From NCBI GenBank assembly GCA_030141605.1, contig JAQGDQ010000148.1, forward strand, positions 310,001-374,000: 64,000 nucleotides of DNA, written 5' to 3'. The DNA comes from Tubiluchus corallicola (Eukaryota; Animalia; Priapulida). Numbering within the stretch: position 1 is the first letter of the stretch; each line of letters opens with the position of its first letter. A program made the position numbers and the translations under genes. The notes beneath the pieces are model-generated. The model saw nothing but the letters and a program-made list of their open reading frames with translations. It was not told the origin of the DNA and searched no databases. This document shows, piece by piece, positions 36,882 to 51,639 of the stretch.

Positions 36882-38559
36882 TGTAATTCAGAAATTTTAT
36901 TTCTGAAATAATCAAATCTTGGTACTCATTAGTATTAGTAATTAATCAAAAGTTCATTTGAAGTGATTCAAGTGTTTTAATGTTTTAATTAGGCAAATTA
37001 GGAATGAAATTTGTGAAATGTTTATTTTTGTGTACCAGTACCTATGCGCTCCAAACATTTTACTGATTTAAGTCCACTTCCATTTCGAATATTTATTATT
37101 GAAAACCCTCAAATAGATAATTATTAGCATTAGTTAACTGTTAGTATTCAACAGAAATAAGGTTACATCATACATCGATTACAATTTAAGCAAAGCTACT
37201 GATTACTAAGCATCTTGAGTGGCTGACTTTGCATTTTACATTTAGTGACTAATTTTTATGTTATTGCAATCTGTGTCAACAATGTTGTTTAAATTATTTT
37301 TTTATTCAGCAAGCTATAGTCAATATGTAACAGTCATTTTGCCATAGTAATACATCCACCATTAAGTAGTACATGTTTATTTGTAGCTGTATCACGTGAA
37401 ATAGTTAAGTCACATAACTTTATGTAACGTTGTTGTAAGAGTATTATTGTGAGGATCCATGAACTAAACTACGGCAAGTGGACTGGACCCCAAACTTTAT
37501 TGGTTGAAGATGCTAATTAAATGTGTGCTGCCACTTTTTATAGTGGTTTTTGTAAATTGTTCAGAGTAATTCTTAATGAATTTTTTACTAGTTATGCATA
37601 GACATGAAGTCCTTTAGTTTAAATTAATTTATTCTCATTAATGTATACATGTACTGTAGGCACTTTTCTGAACTTGTATAAGATTCATTAAATTTTGACT
37701 TTCTATTCAAATACAGGCTGCTCAAGAACATCTCATTCGTCTAGCTTCCTCCAATTAGTCCATACTGACGTGATTTAGCCTTTGCCAAATTGCCATAATT
37801 TGTGTCTGTGTTAAAGCTAATGCAGATAGCTTTGTTTTTATGTAGCCATATGTCTATATAATATTTTATACAGTTCAGTTTTATAAAATCATTTATTGCT
37901 TGTTACAGGTTTTCAGTATTGTAACAGTTTTTATGCTATTTATAACAAGGCCAGTGCAGTGGCATAATTAGGCTAATTAAATTAGTTAATTGAAATGTGT
38001 AAAATAGTCTACAGTTGAATAAATTGATCATGAATTTAGATTATGGCTTGCATGACTTATATTTGATATCCCTTATGCATCCCTACTTCTGTCAAACAGA
38101 TGAGGAATATGATCTAATTAAGAGTTTACAGTTTTAGATGTCAGTTCAGTTTATTTGGGTAATTGATTTGCTTCAGTATAGATATAAATACAAGAAACCG
38201 GGTGGTAGAGTTGGGCAATAGGACTTCCAACAATATCTCTAAAAATTACTCTGAAACGAAATTCTTACAAACATACATGTTAGCCAAAAGCAATTTTATT
38301 CAAATTGATTTACACAAACTGTTGATATTGGTTTACTTGGCTATGCATTACATAGAGACTAATGAGTGCGAGCACGGTGTATTAGAAATGCTCAGAACGC
38401 CTCTCTTTTGGTTATTATAGTCATAACTAAAAACTGGATTAACAAAGACTGGTGGAGGAAAATGTAACTTTCATAAGAAAAGTCAAAATTAGGTTGTGCC
38501 TACAATAATCCAGTCATGAAGTGTGTTGTTACATGTCTTCAGTATTATAATAGATTTAT

Positions 38560-38643
38560 GCCTTGGCTGTAAACTCTCATCATGTGTAACCAAAGTTGAA
38601 CAACACCAACCTTCATCAAAAATGGATGGGTGACTACTGGAAC
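38560..38643 (+). pseudogene. Degenerate 5S rRNA-derived fragment (pseudogene or SINE3 head)
   Basis: accaaagttgaacaac...tggatgggtgactactgg resembles the 5S box A/box C region (accgaagttaagcaac...tggatgggtgaccgcctgg). Confidence 0.4.
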
Positions 38644-39225
38644 TGTCATTTTAACACTGGCATATATCCTCAGCTTCATTTAAGCAATTATGTTATTTTT
38701 TCCAACTTTCCCAGACTTCATCTCTATGGAATTCTTTAACTAGGCTTAATTATTAACAATGCCCTTGATAGTTAATAGTTTGTTGTCCAAAAAAATTATG
38801 CCTCTTCATAATACTTTTAATAGTTTTATCTTACAGCAAGTAGATGATATACACTTTAATTAACAGGTATAATTTTAATCTGAAAAGTTTTAACAGCTAC
38901 AATACAGTCTTTTATATGTACCCTTTGATGCTGTAAAAATTATTATTCATTCTGTCATTACCAGTCATTATGTATTCATCCTATGACCAATGACCTGCAG
39001 GACTTTGTATCAACTGAGCCAGCCCCCCAAACCCAAAGCACGTGACAGTTAACAACGCAAAAAGTCCGCGAAACCAACTAAAAACAAGAGAGCATTTGCC
39101 CCGTCAATGTCATGGCAACTGAGGCTGTAGTTTTTTGACTGGCCTTTTGGAACAATGTTGAGGCTGTTCCGAGTGTTCTCCAACAATCTATCATAATCTA
39201 TTGTGTTTTTAATTGTATTTTCTCG

Positions 39226-41005
39226 ATGCAAAGCTGCAGGTCTAATCCAAACCAGACATCGAAGGTAGCACTTACTGATATACGGGAAAGTGATGGGTAT
39301 CCATCTGTTGTTTCATATTCCTACCGAGGACAATTTCAGCAAGATCCATTTGACGAACAAGATCAAGATATTATTGGTGAAGATGCTGATGGTAAGATGG
39401 TACTTTTTAATAAACAAAAACACTTTGGCATATACAGTAGCAACCGTCGAAACGTTCGATAAACTAGCTGTGTTTTAATTGTGTAGCATAAAATATCATT
39501 TTATGATGTGTCAATATTCAATACTGCAGTATCTGAGAGTTGATCAGCTGACGCCGGAAAATACCCGGAGGACATGCTTCTAATGGAAATATGGCCTATA
39601 CTATACCTTTATCAACTGATGATTGAAATATACCTAGATTTCATGTCGGAAATTAAATTATAGACTTTAGTAGGTCTCTAACTTTACTTAATAGAAGTCT
39701 AACAGACTTCAAAAGAATTATAAAATTACATATTAGCTCATTATAAATAGTTTTTTATAATATAATTATGTTACCAAGAAGTACAAATTATTGTGTAACC
39801 CTTAATTTGCCTGATAATCGATAAAATACCAGAAAAGTACATGACCAAAACTTTAATCAATATTACTTGCAATCATAAATCTCTAACTCGTTTGTATTCT
39901 TAAGTACTACTGATTTTCTCATATGGAACTTGTGGTACGGTTATTAATGCTTCACTTAGTGTTCAAAATAAGATGGTAAAACTATCTGACAGAAGGATAA
40001 AATCAACCCTTAGAGAGAAACTTTCAAGTATTTACTATTGATGATAACGTGGTTTATTAGAGCAGTAATCTCTTTACATAGAATGAACCAAAGGTGAGAT
40101 TAAAAACTGTGAATTTATACATAGTGTACACACTGGTATCTGAAAATGTTTCTTCGTGCAGTGTGACATAACTTCGTGAATTAAACAGCTTTAAGAAGCA
40201 CTTTGATGGAAACATTTATGGGTCTTTCACATGTATACAGGCTGTCAGCAAATGATAGTTACATACTTAAAAGTTGTTATAAATAAGTATAAACGTATTT
40301 TTAATATTTTAATCATTGTAATGTTTATATTTATCTTTTTTTGAAGAAATTCTTACGAATTTACTTCATACTGTCATAAATAAAAAAAAAATCATAGTTT
40401 TAGACGAAACAAATTATGACACCATTCCCATTGAGAAACCAACATAAATCATAACATTATTGATTTATGGCCTTAGAGGTGTGAATCAAGGCAGAACACA
40501 GATTGGAAGTGTTCCATGTTCTTTCCCCTGGTTTTATCGGTTTTTACCTAATTCAGATTTATCTCAATTACTTGAGGAGGTAATCATTTCCTGACACCTC
40601 TTAATTTTAGTAGCCAGCATCCACTTCTCCATGAAAAAACTGAAACTGTAGAATGAAATGAAAGACATTAAATATTGATATTATTTTTAATTGTCAGCGA
40701 AATATACAGTTTACAAACTGAAAAGCGATTGACACTTTGTTTGCTGTTTACTAATCAATTTAAAAAATTATAATTAATGTCTACTAATAATAAAATCTTG
40801 ACATAATTTTACTTCTTAGCTTTTCTTTTGACTGCTAAGCTTAGCTTCTCAGCTCCATTTCTTCCTTCCTGTACATTAATTTGAGTCTTTCTTTTCTTTT
40901 TGATTGATTTACTTTTTTGGTTTTTTTATTTCTGAACAAACTTATTACCTTGCCCTTTTAGGTTGTAACTTTGTCAGTTTTGGTTTTAGCAGTGCTAAAT
41001 ATGCA

Positions 41006-41036
<31 letters not shown>

Positions 41037-44000
41037 CAACAATAAAGTTCTTTGATAACTAATGCAGATTAATGTAAAAAAACTAAATTTTTTCTTAAAT
41101 AATGGAAATGAAGTGGAAATTGAAATCAGACTTGCTATTGGTACCATAAAAAATAGTAGAAATTTCTGTTTTCCTTGCAAGGCTGCACCTCACCTCAAAT
41201 GATAACAGTGAACAATTTTCTATGAGACAAGTTAAAAAACCATTTTAATTTGTCTGGTCTTTTACAAGTTGCTTTGCCTGCCTTCATGTTGTTTGGTACT
41301 CTTTTTTGTTCTTTGTTCAGATTTTGTTAGTAGTAAAATATCATGGCTTGTTCTAACTTTTCTTGTTTATTTACTGTCTTTAGGATTGCCAGTTTTTTCT
41401 GGACTTCATAGTGCCACAAGAAGCTGTTATGATGAGCTTGGCAGGAAGATCCGGCGTCCTCCAAATGCCTTTATGGTAACAAACATTTCTTAAAGTTTAT
41501 CCTTCTGAGATCTAGAGAGAGAGAGATGGTGAGTGAGTGTGTATGAGAGAGAAAGGAGGAAGGAGAGAGGGAGGGAGCAACACAGACAGAGAAGGATTGT
41601 GATGGATGGCTAAGATGTTACATAGTAGATGTGATGCATAGGAGCTTGATTGGTGCAGCCTGTTTTACTTTGGTGCATTTTAGCCTTTTTATTTATTGTA
41701 ATATGTGTGTGTGTAGGTCTTCTCAAATGAACGGCGAAAAGTGTTGGCAGCGTTTTACCCTGGCGAAGGCAATAACAGCATAAGCACCAGGCTTGGAGAA
41801 GAATGGAAACAGCTGTCAGAACCAGAAAAAAAGAAATACTTCGAGGAAGCAAAGCGCCTTGATATTGAGCACAAGCAGAAATACCCGTGTAAGTTGCCAA
41901 AAGAATCTTATTTGCATTTTTTCTATACCCGCACTAAATGTATGTTCAAATCATTCCTATAGGCAGGGGTATTAGTTCAGTGTCAGCTTTTTACATATGC
42001 TCTGCAAGGATACAAGACATTAGCTTTTCAAAACGTGAAAATTTATCAGTTATTGCACAGTGCAAAAAGCTTTAGGGTTTTCTCGATATATGAACAGAGA
42101 TCCGTATTTATACAGCAAGTGATGTAATTATTGACTAACAACAGGCTAGTTCTCATAAAATAAATACGTTATGCATTGTGCAACAGACTGTTAGAATCAC
42201 AAAGTGATCTCTTCTCTTAGAGGTCTCTTAGATGTTTGACTTTAACAATGTGGCAAAGTTGGAATTTTTCACTTACTTTAAATTCTACTTCTATTTTTCT
42301 TACATAATTTTAGTTTACCAGTACTGCCCAGGAGAAGCGAGACGAAAGCGTCAATCAAAAGGTGGGCGCCGTAAAGCCAATAGCGAGCAGTCTTCCTTGA
42401 GCAAAAGTAGATCTGGAGGAAGAACTGGTGATAAATCAGGATCTATGCCTATCTATACGGTCATTCCACCAAAACGACCTGATCAGTATGTATCTCTGTT
42501 CAAGTTAGTACATATAAATGCCAAGAAGCACTTGTCATTACTGATAATAGAATAAATTCACTCTGTTTTGTGCCCAGAGCCCATTGTTTTAATGAAGTTT
42601 CAGCAGTTCATTTTTAAAATTGAACTAGTTGAAAAAAACCCAGCAACTGCAAACTACAAAGAGAGAAATCTTTGTTAGATCCTCAGTGCATCCAATTTTT
42701 TAAAACTTTCTGGCATACAATACACAAATTTTACAATTGATTATTATTATTTTGCAAAAATGTGAAGTTTCTTTTTGGGGCCTATGAAGTTGACAATGAT
42801 TGTATAGTTTGTTAGGGGCAAAAGCACAGTAAATCAGTCACGCTGGTCAACTTTCTGTTCAAAAATGAAAATTATGCTATCATAGCTCAACCTTACTATA
42901 GTCAAACTAATTTGCCAATGTGAGACAGCCAATGCCAGCAAATGATTCACCTTACTCATCTGTTTGTATACATATATGAAGGCTTTTTGTAATCAAGGCT
43001 GGCGCTAGGAAATAAGAGGCCCAATTAGAAAATTGTTAGTGGGGACCTGTACTGTGCAAGCTGAAGATTGATGTTTTATGTTTCTTGTACTATGCCAGTA
43101 TCAGCCAAAAAAGATTAATGAGGGCTTGAGGCTCCACCATTAACCACAACGACATAAAATTGGAAAGCCCACGTGCAAGTTTTAATATTTTATTATACAC
43201 GTAGGGTTGCTTTCTGCGTTGAAGCTTGAATATCTTACACAAGTTAGCAAAATTTAAAAGCCAATGCTAGTCTAACTAATGCTTATAGGACTTGCCAATT
43301 ACGTTTTTGAAAAAAATGTCGACGATAAACTCAAATAACAAAAAGAATAATTAAACGATCTCCAAAAAACATAGATATAGAGGGACAGACTGAATAGTTT
43401 CGCAGCATCACGAAACTTTGTACATTCTGGACACTCATTTTAATTCATCATAGCATCCTTCGCTTGAGCATGTGCACGATGCCCACTTTAAAAAATCTGT
43501 ATAATTGGCTTAGAACCAGCCCTGTTTATAATATTTTGCTTTTATGATGTAGGTTATGTTTATAACTTTGTAATTCCCAATAGCAATAGCACATAAATCA
43601 TGCTTCTGCCTTGATGAGTCTGTTGAGATCCAAGCAATAAGAATATGTAGTTCAGTTTGTTACCTGGAGATGGAAATTTCCTCTTTCATTTAATGTTAAC
43701 TTTTTGATGACCTATATCAACACTTGCAGGCAAATAAGTGTGATGTAGGCAAATAAGTGTTACTCTAATCACACATCTTTCTTGGCTACAAAGTTTGCCT
43801 TGTGAAGAGATAATTAATAGTAACGAATTGATATAAATCTATCTCTGTATTGATAATTAGCTTTTTTCCACATCAGAATAGCTACAGTATTCACAAACTG
43901 TACAATACTCATATTCCATGAAACTTATGCAAAATTTCTGAGAATAAAGTTTTTAGCATCAACAGGCAACTTGATGCTAAAAACTTTATCACATTACGTT

Positions 44001-47000
44001 TCATCAGATTATGGTTACTCACTGGTTAATTTGTCTCATCTGTGTGATTTGTTGCCTCGAATTGCTTATTTCAATTATACTTGATTAGCTTCTTTTAATG
44101 TTAGGCTTCCAACTCTTGTACTCTTGGACAAAGACAGTGATCAGTCAGTGAGAGATTACGTTGCTCATCAGTTAAGAAGAGGACAAGGATGTGAAATTAC
44201 ACAGAACATCCAACAGTTTCCACTTCCCCATGATCCACATTGCAAACTAGCGACAGGTAAGATAGCCATCAGTTCCTTTTTGTTAATAATACAATTTCGA
44301 TCCTTTATTATAAGAAAATTAAAACAATGGATAAATATTATTATTATTTATATTTGCTCATTCGTGAATATTCTGATACACATGCTTTTCGATTATATGT
44401 AGAGTGACTCTGTTATTTTTGTACTCGCTTTTGACTAGTACGTTTTGAGCTCCATTTAATGTTTAGGCCATAGCAGAGATTCCGTATACTACTTGGTTGA
44501 TGTCTTCTTTATCAAACGTTTGGAATAATCGGGTTAAAAGCATGATATCGTTTGACATCTGTTGCCCCATGTCTTGCTAACCACGCACTTTAGTTAAAAC
44601 TAGGTACCTGTAATACTGATGTAGAATTTGCTGCAATTTGCTGTAACTTTTGCAATACCAGTTACTCAGTAGAAATAACTTGATATTCTTCAGTTTGATG
44701 ATCAACTTCCTGTTCACTCTGTGCTTTTAACTTTCAATTACTTGGAGTTAATTTTTATCAAAAAATTTTTTTCTTTTAACTGCAGGTCGTACAGTAGGAA
44801 TGTTTCCTCCTGTGTCTCAGGCAACTAGACCTGAAAATGCTGGTCTTCTGGAAGTGCTAAATGAAACTGTAGGACAGTCGTCTCAAATTTCTAGAAAGAA
44901 AAATGTGGACTGTGGCCTTCACCCGGTCACGTTGATGAAAACGCCACCAAAATCCATGTCAACTCCGATTATTTCATCAGCTTTTTTCACCAATTCTAAT
45001 TGTAACCACCCAGTTACACAGTTCACTCCGATACTGCCAAAACCTAGATCACACTTTCCAACCCAGTTTTACCATATGACAGCCGGTGGTTGTGAGAGTG
45101 TATGTAACAAATATTGTCTTGATTAAGCAATGGCTTCATTTATTTTTGATATTATGTAATAACCATAAAAATTTAATTAATCTGTAAAATGAATACAGAA
45201 ACTTTATTAATAAATTAAGTTAAATTTGTATGGTTATTATTGTGAACTTGTTACCAGTTAATTGAAATAGATGAAAGCAGCTGGCAGAAAACCGACTTTG
45301 TCATCCAGTAAAAATAGGTTATTATGATTATCCATTAAAATCCGGTTTTTTCTGCTATTTCCACAATTTTCTTCAAGCTATTAGGGCATTTAAAATTAGC
45401 AACTTCTGTAGTTCAAATAAGCACAAGATTTGTCTTTTATTAAATGTGTTTGGAATAATCATTGATATTTACCATCCATATATTAGGTATGCATCGAAAC
45501 TCAGCAATTAATTTTTCTGAATTTTGCTGACGATTTTTATTTTTTGTTCTGATTGTTGTTATCATAAAATTCATAGTTGTCACTGCCTTAAAACGTATTT
45601 TGTTTAATACTAAAGAAAATCTTAGTATCAAAACTAGCTGTGTTAGCATTCAGCCACTGAGAAAGTTTATTACTGTAATAAGAATTGGAATTTTTTGTTT
45701 ACATTGGAAATTTGCTGTCCTAGAGTAGATGAACAAGATATGTACTATTTAATTCACATTTCGAAGCTGTTCACTACCTGCAATGTAATCATGTGAGCAT
45801 GGCTTAGTGTGACACCAATGTTTTAGTTAAAAAATGGTTACAAAAGAAGTTTAAGAACTGTAAGGATCAATTTTGTTAGTTTAATAAATAGTTGTTCGGG
45901 TGCTTCAGTATTATATTGGAACTTTGAGTTCCATTAGTGTGAAAAACAACTCATCTAGAGTGCCAAATAGCTTGTATAGAACCGATATTTATAAAATTAC
46001 ACAATATGTGCTTCTTTGTTCCATCTTCGTGTTTTGTCCCCATGCTTACCATGCCTACACAATGCCATAGACAGATTTCAGAATCATGTGCAACTATTTG
46101 TCTTCTTAAAATTGTTACTATTTTAAGGTGTGCTTTTTGTTCACAGGTGGCTCATAGATCTGCGTCAATTACCAACTCGCCTGTATATGCACAGCATCAT
46201 CATTGCAGCCATCACAGAAGTGGACACAATCAACAGATGCTGTCAAAATCAGGTCTGTAACTGTTATCATTAATTCATTTACTTTTAAAATACCTGTTCG
46301 CCAGTTTGTTTTTGTATTACTTTATTCGATCACTTCTTCAGCACCGTCATCCTTATAACGGAGGCATGTAAAAAAGACTAAACTTGACTGAATTGTTGCA
46401 TTGGAATGTTGCAAGTATAAGTGACATTATATGTAAACATTTAAATGAGTTAATTATGTAGCACCAGTCCAGAAAAAGCCTAATAGAGATGCTTTTCTTT
46501 TGGCACAATTAAATGATATAGTTTGTTTTGGAAATTATTGCTGTTTCAAAGCGAGTAATTTCTCAATCACTAAATAACAGAATTATTGTATTTTTAGCGC
46601 CTCTAAAGCAGAATAGCCCCATCTCTCCACTCATATACATTCCTGTAGACCAGCAGCAAGTTACATACCTTGGATACCAGTCAGAACCTTCCACTTCTAT
46701 CAATCCCATTGTTGTAAGTAGTGAGCTTTGCCTAATCGCCCTTCCTAAAACCTGATTACCTTGCTGTTATACATTTGATTTATTTTTACACAATTAGTTA
46801 TATGTGTTGGTTTGTGGACATTAGTGTTGAGCTAAATTAAGAAAAACTCCAATTCAAATCGAATAGACCAGTTTTGTCAAAATATCACAACATCCTGCAT
46901 TAGTGACAATATATCTTTTCATGAATATATAATATGTAATAACCAGTGTCGTTAATGAAGGCGATTTAATGTTGTAGTCTAGGAGCTGATGGGGATTTAT

Positions 47001-50000
47001 ACTGCATTTATAGTGCGAATTGTGATTTAAATTGATTTGGAAGTACTTTTAAAGGAACCCTCTACCTGGTGCTATGATTTAAAAAACTTTAGAATGACCA
47101 GTAAGTGATCATTCATTATCAATGGATTCCAGCTCTCAAACCTTTTGCATACAATGTGTATTATAAATCTCTGTCAGCTCCTGCATTATTATATTTTTTG
47201 CAACAACAGTGGATATCATACAGTAGTCACAATTTGCACGTTATTTGAAGCTTGAGTCGAAGACAATATTGTATAGTAATTGTTAGCTCATAGCTTTTAA
47301 TTACAATAATAAACTTCAATAAATGATTTAAAGAAGATGTTTGTGAGAATTCATTTCTGAATTTATCGATCCAGTACTCGGTTTTCAACAAATAATTTTT
47401 TGTTATTTTTCAGGATATTGAAGCAAGCCCTCAAAATGGATTCACACGCATAGGCACCGATGTTCAATGGGGAACTTCTTACGTAGAGCACACGTGCAAT
47501 GTAAATAGGCTAAGTATACTAAAAGTGTATGGCCTCTTAGATTCAAAATGATGTTTTGAAAAGTTAAATGAATGCTGAAATTTATTTTGTATACCTAATC
47601 TTTAGTAAAAAAAATTTAATTATTCTCCCGAGTATCTAAATTAGATTCGAGATATTCGTCACTATCTTTTGTTCTGTAGTGAGATGGCCTTATACATTTC
47701 ATTTTCCAGAGTGTAATGGTTCAAGTATAAACTGAGAATAAACCACTTTCAAATTTTGTAATTTCAATAATTTAACTTGGACTGTGGCCAAAGTCAGAAA
47801 AACTTAACAAATGTAGTTGATATTTAATGCAGTCTGGACAGATTTAGTTAATGTTAATCATATGTTTTCAAAAGAAGTTTCCTTAGGCTACTTTCAGATG
47901 ACGAGAACTGAACAAGTAGCCATTCCTGGCTAAAAACTCGCACACTTATTGTTTGTTTAGATGATAAGAATTTATTTCAGGAGCAACAACTTAACAAGCC
48001 ATGTGTACTTCGTAAGCACTGTACAAGCTTGCTAAGTCGAATCAAATGAAATGAAATACAGACAAAGTAATAAATGAAATTAATGGTTTCAATATAACGT
48101 AAAAGATTAATAATTGCTTATTACTGCTAATTAATTAGTATTTTTTAATTTATTGTGTATAATGCTAAGTTTTAGAGAAATGAGACTAATAAATTTTCAT
48201 TATTCATTTTATAATACATTTGATTATAAAAAAGATTTATAGTACATGATTATACATACATTTCTTATACATTTTGCCACAGTCGACAAACAGAACAAGA
48301 TTAAGCTGTAGCCTTTTCACCAAGGTGCATGTGCAAACTTGTGCAAGAACGATTTTCATCTCGTGTTCAGATGCTAATATCAAACATGCGAAACTTTTGA
48401 CTCATGTTCTTGTGTAGCCAGACTCACCAAAACTCGTGTTCCTGAACAAGATTCTTTGCATTTTAACTCTGGTTTTATAATCATGTCTCACTATGCACTG
48501 CATGAGGCGCTCAGAAGTATGGTAAAAATAAAATATTACTGAACAACCCATTGTTCGACTTTAACAAAAATTTTGGTATCAGAAAGATAGTTTTAGTTGT
48601 ATTATTATTGCTGTTCATAGTTTCAAGATATATTGCCAGTTTACTGACAAACAATTTGCATGCTGTCTGTTGAATTTGTAATTGACCTATAATAAGTGGT
48701 AATTAATGTTGTAGGCAGGTATCTTAATTTCTACAGTTAGCTGTTCATTCTGGAACTGAACATTGCTGAACTATCTGCTTTAACTAAAGAAACTTAAGAA
48801 AAAGTTTGCACATAACTGGCAACATGTCTGTCAGTTAAGTAATTTTTCTTTCATTGAAATGACATTAGATTCTCTGGTTGTTCCAGGTCCAAGATATGTC
48901 CACAAGCAGCATGAATATGGATAACTTGGATGCTGATGATTACCATTCACACGTTGGGTATGACTATCAGTTTTTGGAGAATCCATCGGCATTTGGTGGT
49001 TGGCCTTCTGATGAACATCCTATACCTTCCACTAATGGAAGAGAAATGTTTTCACCCAAATTGATTTACACTGATTTAACAAATAGTGGCTCAAGTAGTT
49101 TTCAGGTAAATATGAGTATAAATTAGTTTATTATTTATTTATACATAATGTTTGCATACATCAGTATGGGCTATCATGTTTCTTTGTAAGAACTAGATTC
49201 TCCATGTAAGGGCATTCTAAACTGTTGTGTTTTGGTTGTGATGGTGCCATAGTGCCATGGGAAGGAGAAAATATGGGTTATACCAGGCAAACTACCCCAA
49301 ACTAATTATTTTCATTATTAGTTTTTATTTTTAATGTCATATTTTTGCACATTGCCAGGAAGATTCTCATTTCAATAGCAGTTCATCAGTCAATCTTGGA
49401 TCTCTTGGCAGTGACTACGGATTTGGCTTTCAGTCAAGCTTTGCTAGGCCGCTTAGCGACATAATGAGCCCTGAAAGGAACAACTTGCACTCGCCACCAG
49501 TAAGTATTACAAACCAATATATGTGTAATGCAACCTTCTGTGTAAATAATATACGCGAAGATTCTTATATTGAAGTAGTTGTACACAAATTGCAAAAAAT
49601 GGTATGTAAACTGATTTCATCATAGGTGTTTCAGCTTTGTTATAAAACAAAGCTAACACAAACATGATGGCTGGTATTAATAGAACTAACTATTAATTGG
49701 ATAGAAGCCTATAGTACAATTTTTCCCAGTGAAATTTGATTATCTGTGTATTGGCTTGATTTACTAAGTTTGTAGTGGATACATTTTTTGTTGAGTTTTT
49801 ACGAATAAATTTAAAAAAAAAAGACATGACCAAACTGCAATAAAACCGGTTATCTTACAGCTTGGTTCCATCGACAGGCAACTAAGCGAAACAGAAAGGG
49901 CGTGTCTATCCATTAGCTATGATCATCTGGGACTCATAAATCCAATTGAGCAAGGCAGTCCTAGTCAACCACCTCTTAAAAAACGCAATTTGAGGAAACA

Positions 50001-50010
50001 TAGCTGGTAA
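39226..50010 (+). CDS. Divergent Sox-like (SOX/TCF/MATA class) single HMG-box transcription factor, 12 predicted exons, ~628 aa
   Basis: Phase-consistent GT-AG exons 39226-39391, 41384-41475, 41717-41888, 42314-42485, 44105-44256, 44786-45099, 46147-46252, 46598-46713, 47414-47500, 48887-49105, 49359-49499, 49861-50010 (1887 nt). HMG box KIRRPPNAFM|VFSNERRKVLAAFYPGEGNNSISTRLGEEWKQLSEPEKKKYFEEAKRLDIEHKQKYP|FYQYCP. Non-HMG exons rest on splice signals and phase only. Confidence 0.8.
41006..41031. repeat. (TA)n microsatellite
   Basis: Directly visible. Confidence 0.9.
42994..43524. mobile_element. hAT-like MITE in an HMG-gene intron
   Basis: Imperfect TIRs caaggctggcgctagg / cttagaaccagccctg; 8-bp TSD tttgtaat / tttataat (7 of 8 match). 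Confidence 0.7.
43944..43989. repeat. Perfect 19-bp inverted repeat with 8-nt loop
   Basis: ataaagtttttagcatcaa-caggcaac-ttgatgctaaaaactttat. Confidence 0.95.
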
Positions 50011-51119
50011 ATGTCTAAATTGTATGCGGAGCATGCAACATTTATGTATAAGTTATTGAAGCCATAGATTACTTTTTCGTTTACTTTCTAGATATAATTT
50101 TTGCATGTCTTTGCTAAGCAAAGAACATTTGTGTATGCTGTTTTCTATGTACAGTGTTAAATACCTGTAATTTACCTATTTAGCACAAAGTTGTTGCTAT
50201 GTTCTTTGAAAATTTGTTTTCTTTGTTCGAGGTTTGCATACTTAATTGATAAATTATGTAAAATTTTGTATAATTGCAAAAGTTAATGCTATTGTCAAAT
50301 TGCACCGTTTCCATATTAGTAGAGCCATAGTTGCTTATGTGTGCCTGTACATGTATAATAATAAATAATTGTCTGTTTGTTGTTTAGAGCAACGATAGCT
50401 TGTTGCATCTTATTTGTTTTTCTCGGTTTTGATTTGTTAAGACTGTAATTCTTCCTAGCAATTTTATTATTATTTACAGTCTTTATAGGAAGATGTGCAC
50501 AGGGTACAAGGTGGATCTCTTTCTTTCCTTGGAACACCTTTGTCTATATAGAGTTGGCTTACCTAGATTCCATAATATACATCTTGCTTGGTGTGAATAT
50601 ACATCGGTTCTATATTAAAACAGTTGAAATGTAGTGCAAGCAAGGAACTAGTATAAATCAACAATATACTTACATTATGCACATTTATTATAATATTTGC
50701 ATACAATTTCAAATGACTTGAGCAGGCATCATCTTCATACCTCTTGTTTCATAATGGAAATTGCTATTGCTTATTAGACCTTTTTTAGAAACAAAAATAT
50801 GCAACTGTAAAAAAATGAAATTTTTGCTGCAAAATCATTTGACATTGAAAATAAGTAACAAGTTTATCTATACAATTTATATAAAAAAGTATTCTGTTGT
50901 TATTCTTTGGGCGAAAAGAATAGCTCAGTACAAGGATATCATGGAATCAGATTTCAGGATTCCACGAAATGCTACTCTCAATGTAAGGGTTGTTGTAATT
51001 ATATTGAAGTCAGAAGTATTAATAAGATCCAAGCAGCTAGTGACATTGTATAGTCTGGTTAGTATAGGAAAATACAGAAAAGAGACTGTCTCAAGTTCTC
51101 AATCACCGTCTTAACAGTC

Positions 51120-51380
51120 AACACTCGCCCACGTCCCAACCCAACGTCTGGGGAAAATCTATGGTCTGTACGAGCTTAGCAGCGTGTAAACTTGAAAAAG
51201 GTTTCCGGCGTTTATATTGCATTTTTTCGCTAAAGTGTAAAGCGCGAGTCCCGAGTCTCAAGTTAATCTAGATTAGCGCTGCTCTTGATCTTACAGTTAC
51301 GGTGACGCTTTAATGGGCAATTTGTCGTACCAATTGTAAGATTGTTTGGATGAGTCACAGTGCCTTAAAGGAAACGGGTA
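51120..51380 (+). promoter_or_regulatory. Probable DZANK1 promoter / non-coding first exon
   Basis: Locally CpG-rich segment ending in a donor-like cgg|gtaaaa near 51378; the ATG exon is preceded by an acceptor (ttttag at ~53479). Confidence 0.35.
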
Positions 51381-51639
51381 AAATTAGTTAAGTAATCGTT
51401 ACTTTGTGCTGATTACTGTTTGTTATCACTAATCATTGCCTTACATCAGACGCTTACGCTAGTTCGACATTCCTGCGACCTCTAATGAACGGTCGGCAAC
51501 CAGAAGCAAACGTATTTTTTCTAGGCTCTAACAATATTATTATTCCATGCCAAAATGGGATGTAAGAAATAGCAGAATTCACTTTTTCTGTCTCTCTTCT
51601 GCATTTACATTAGTAGACAGAAGGACAGAAGAACAGTAC

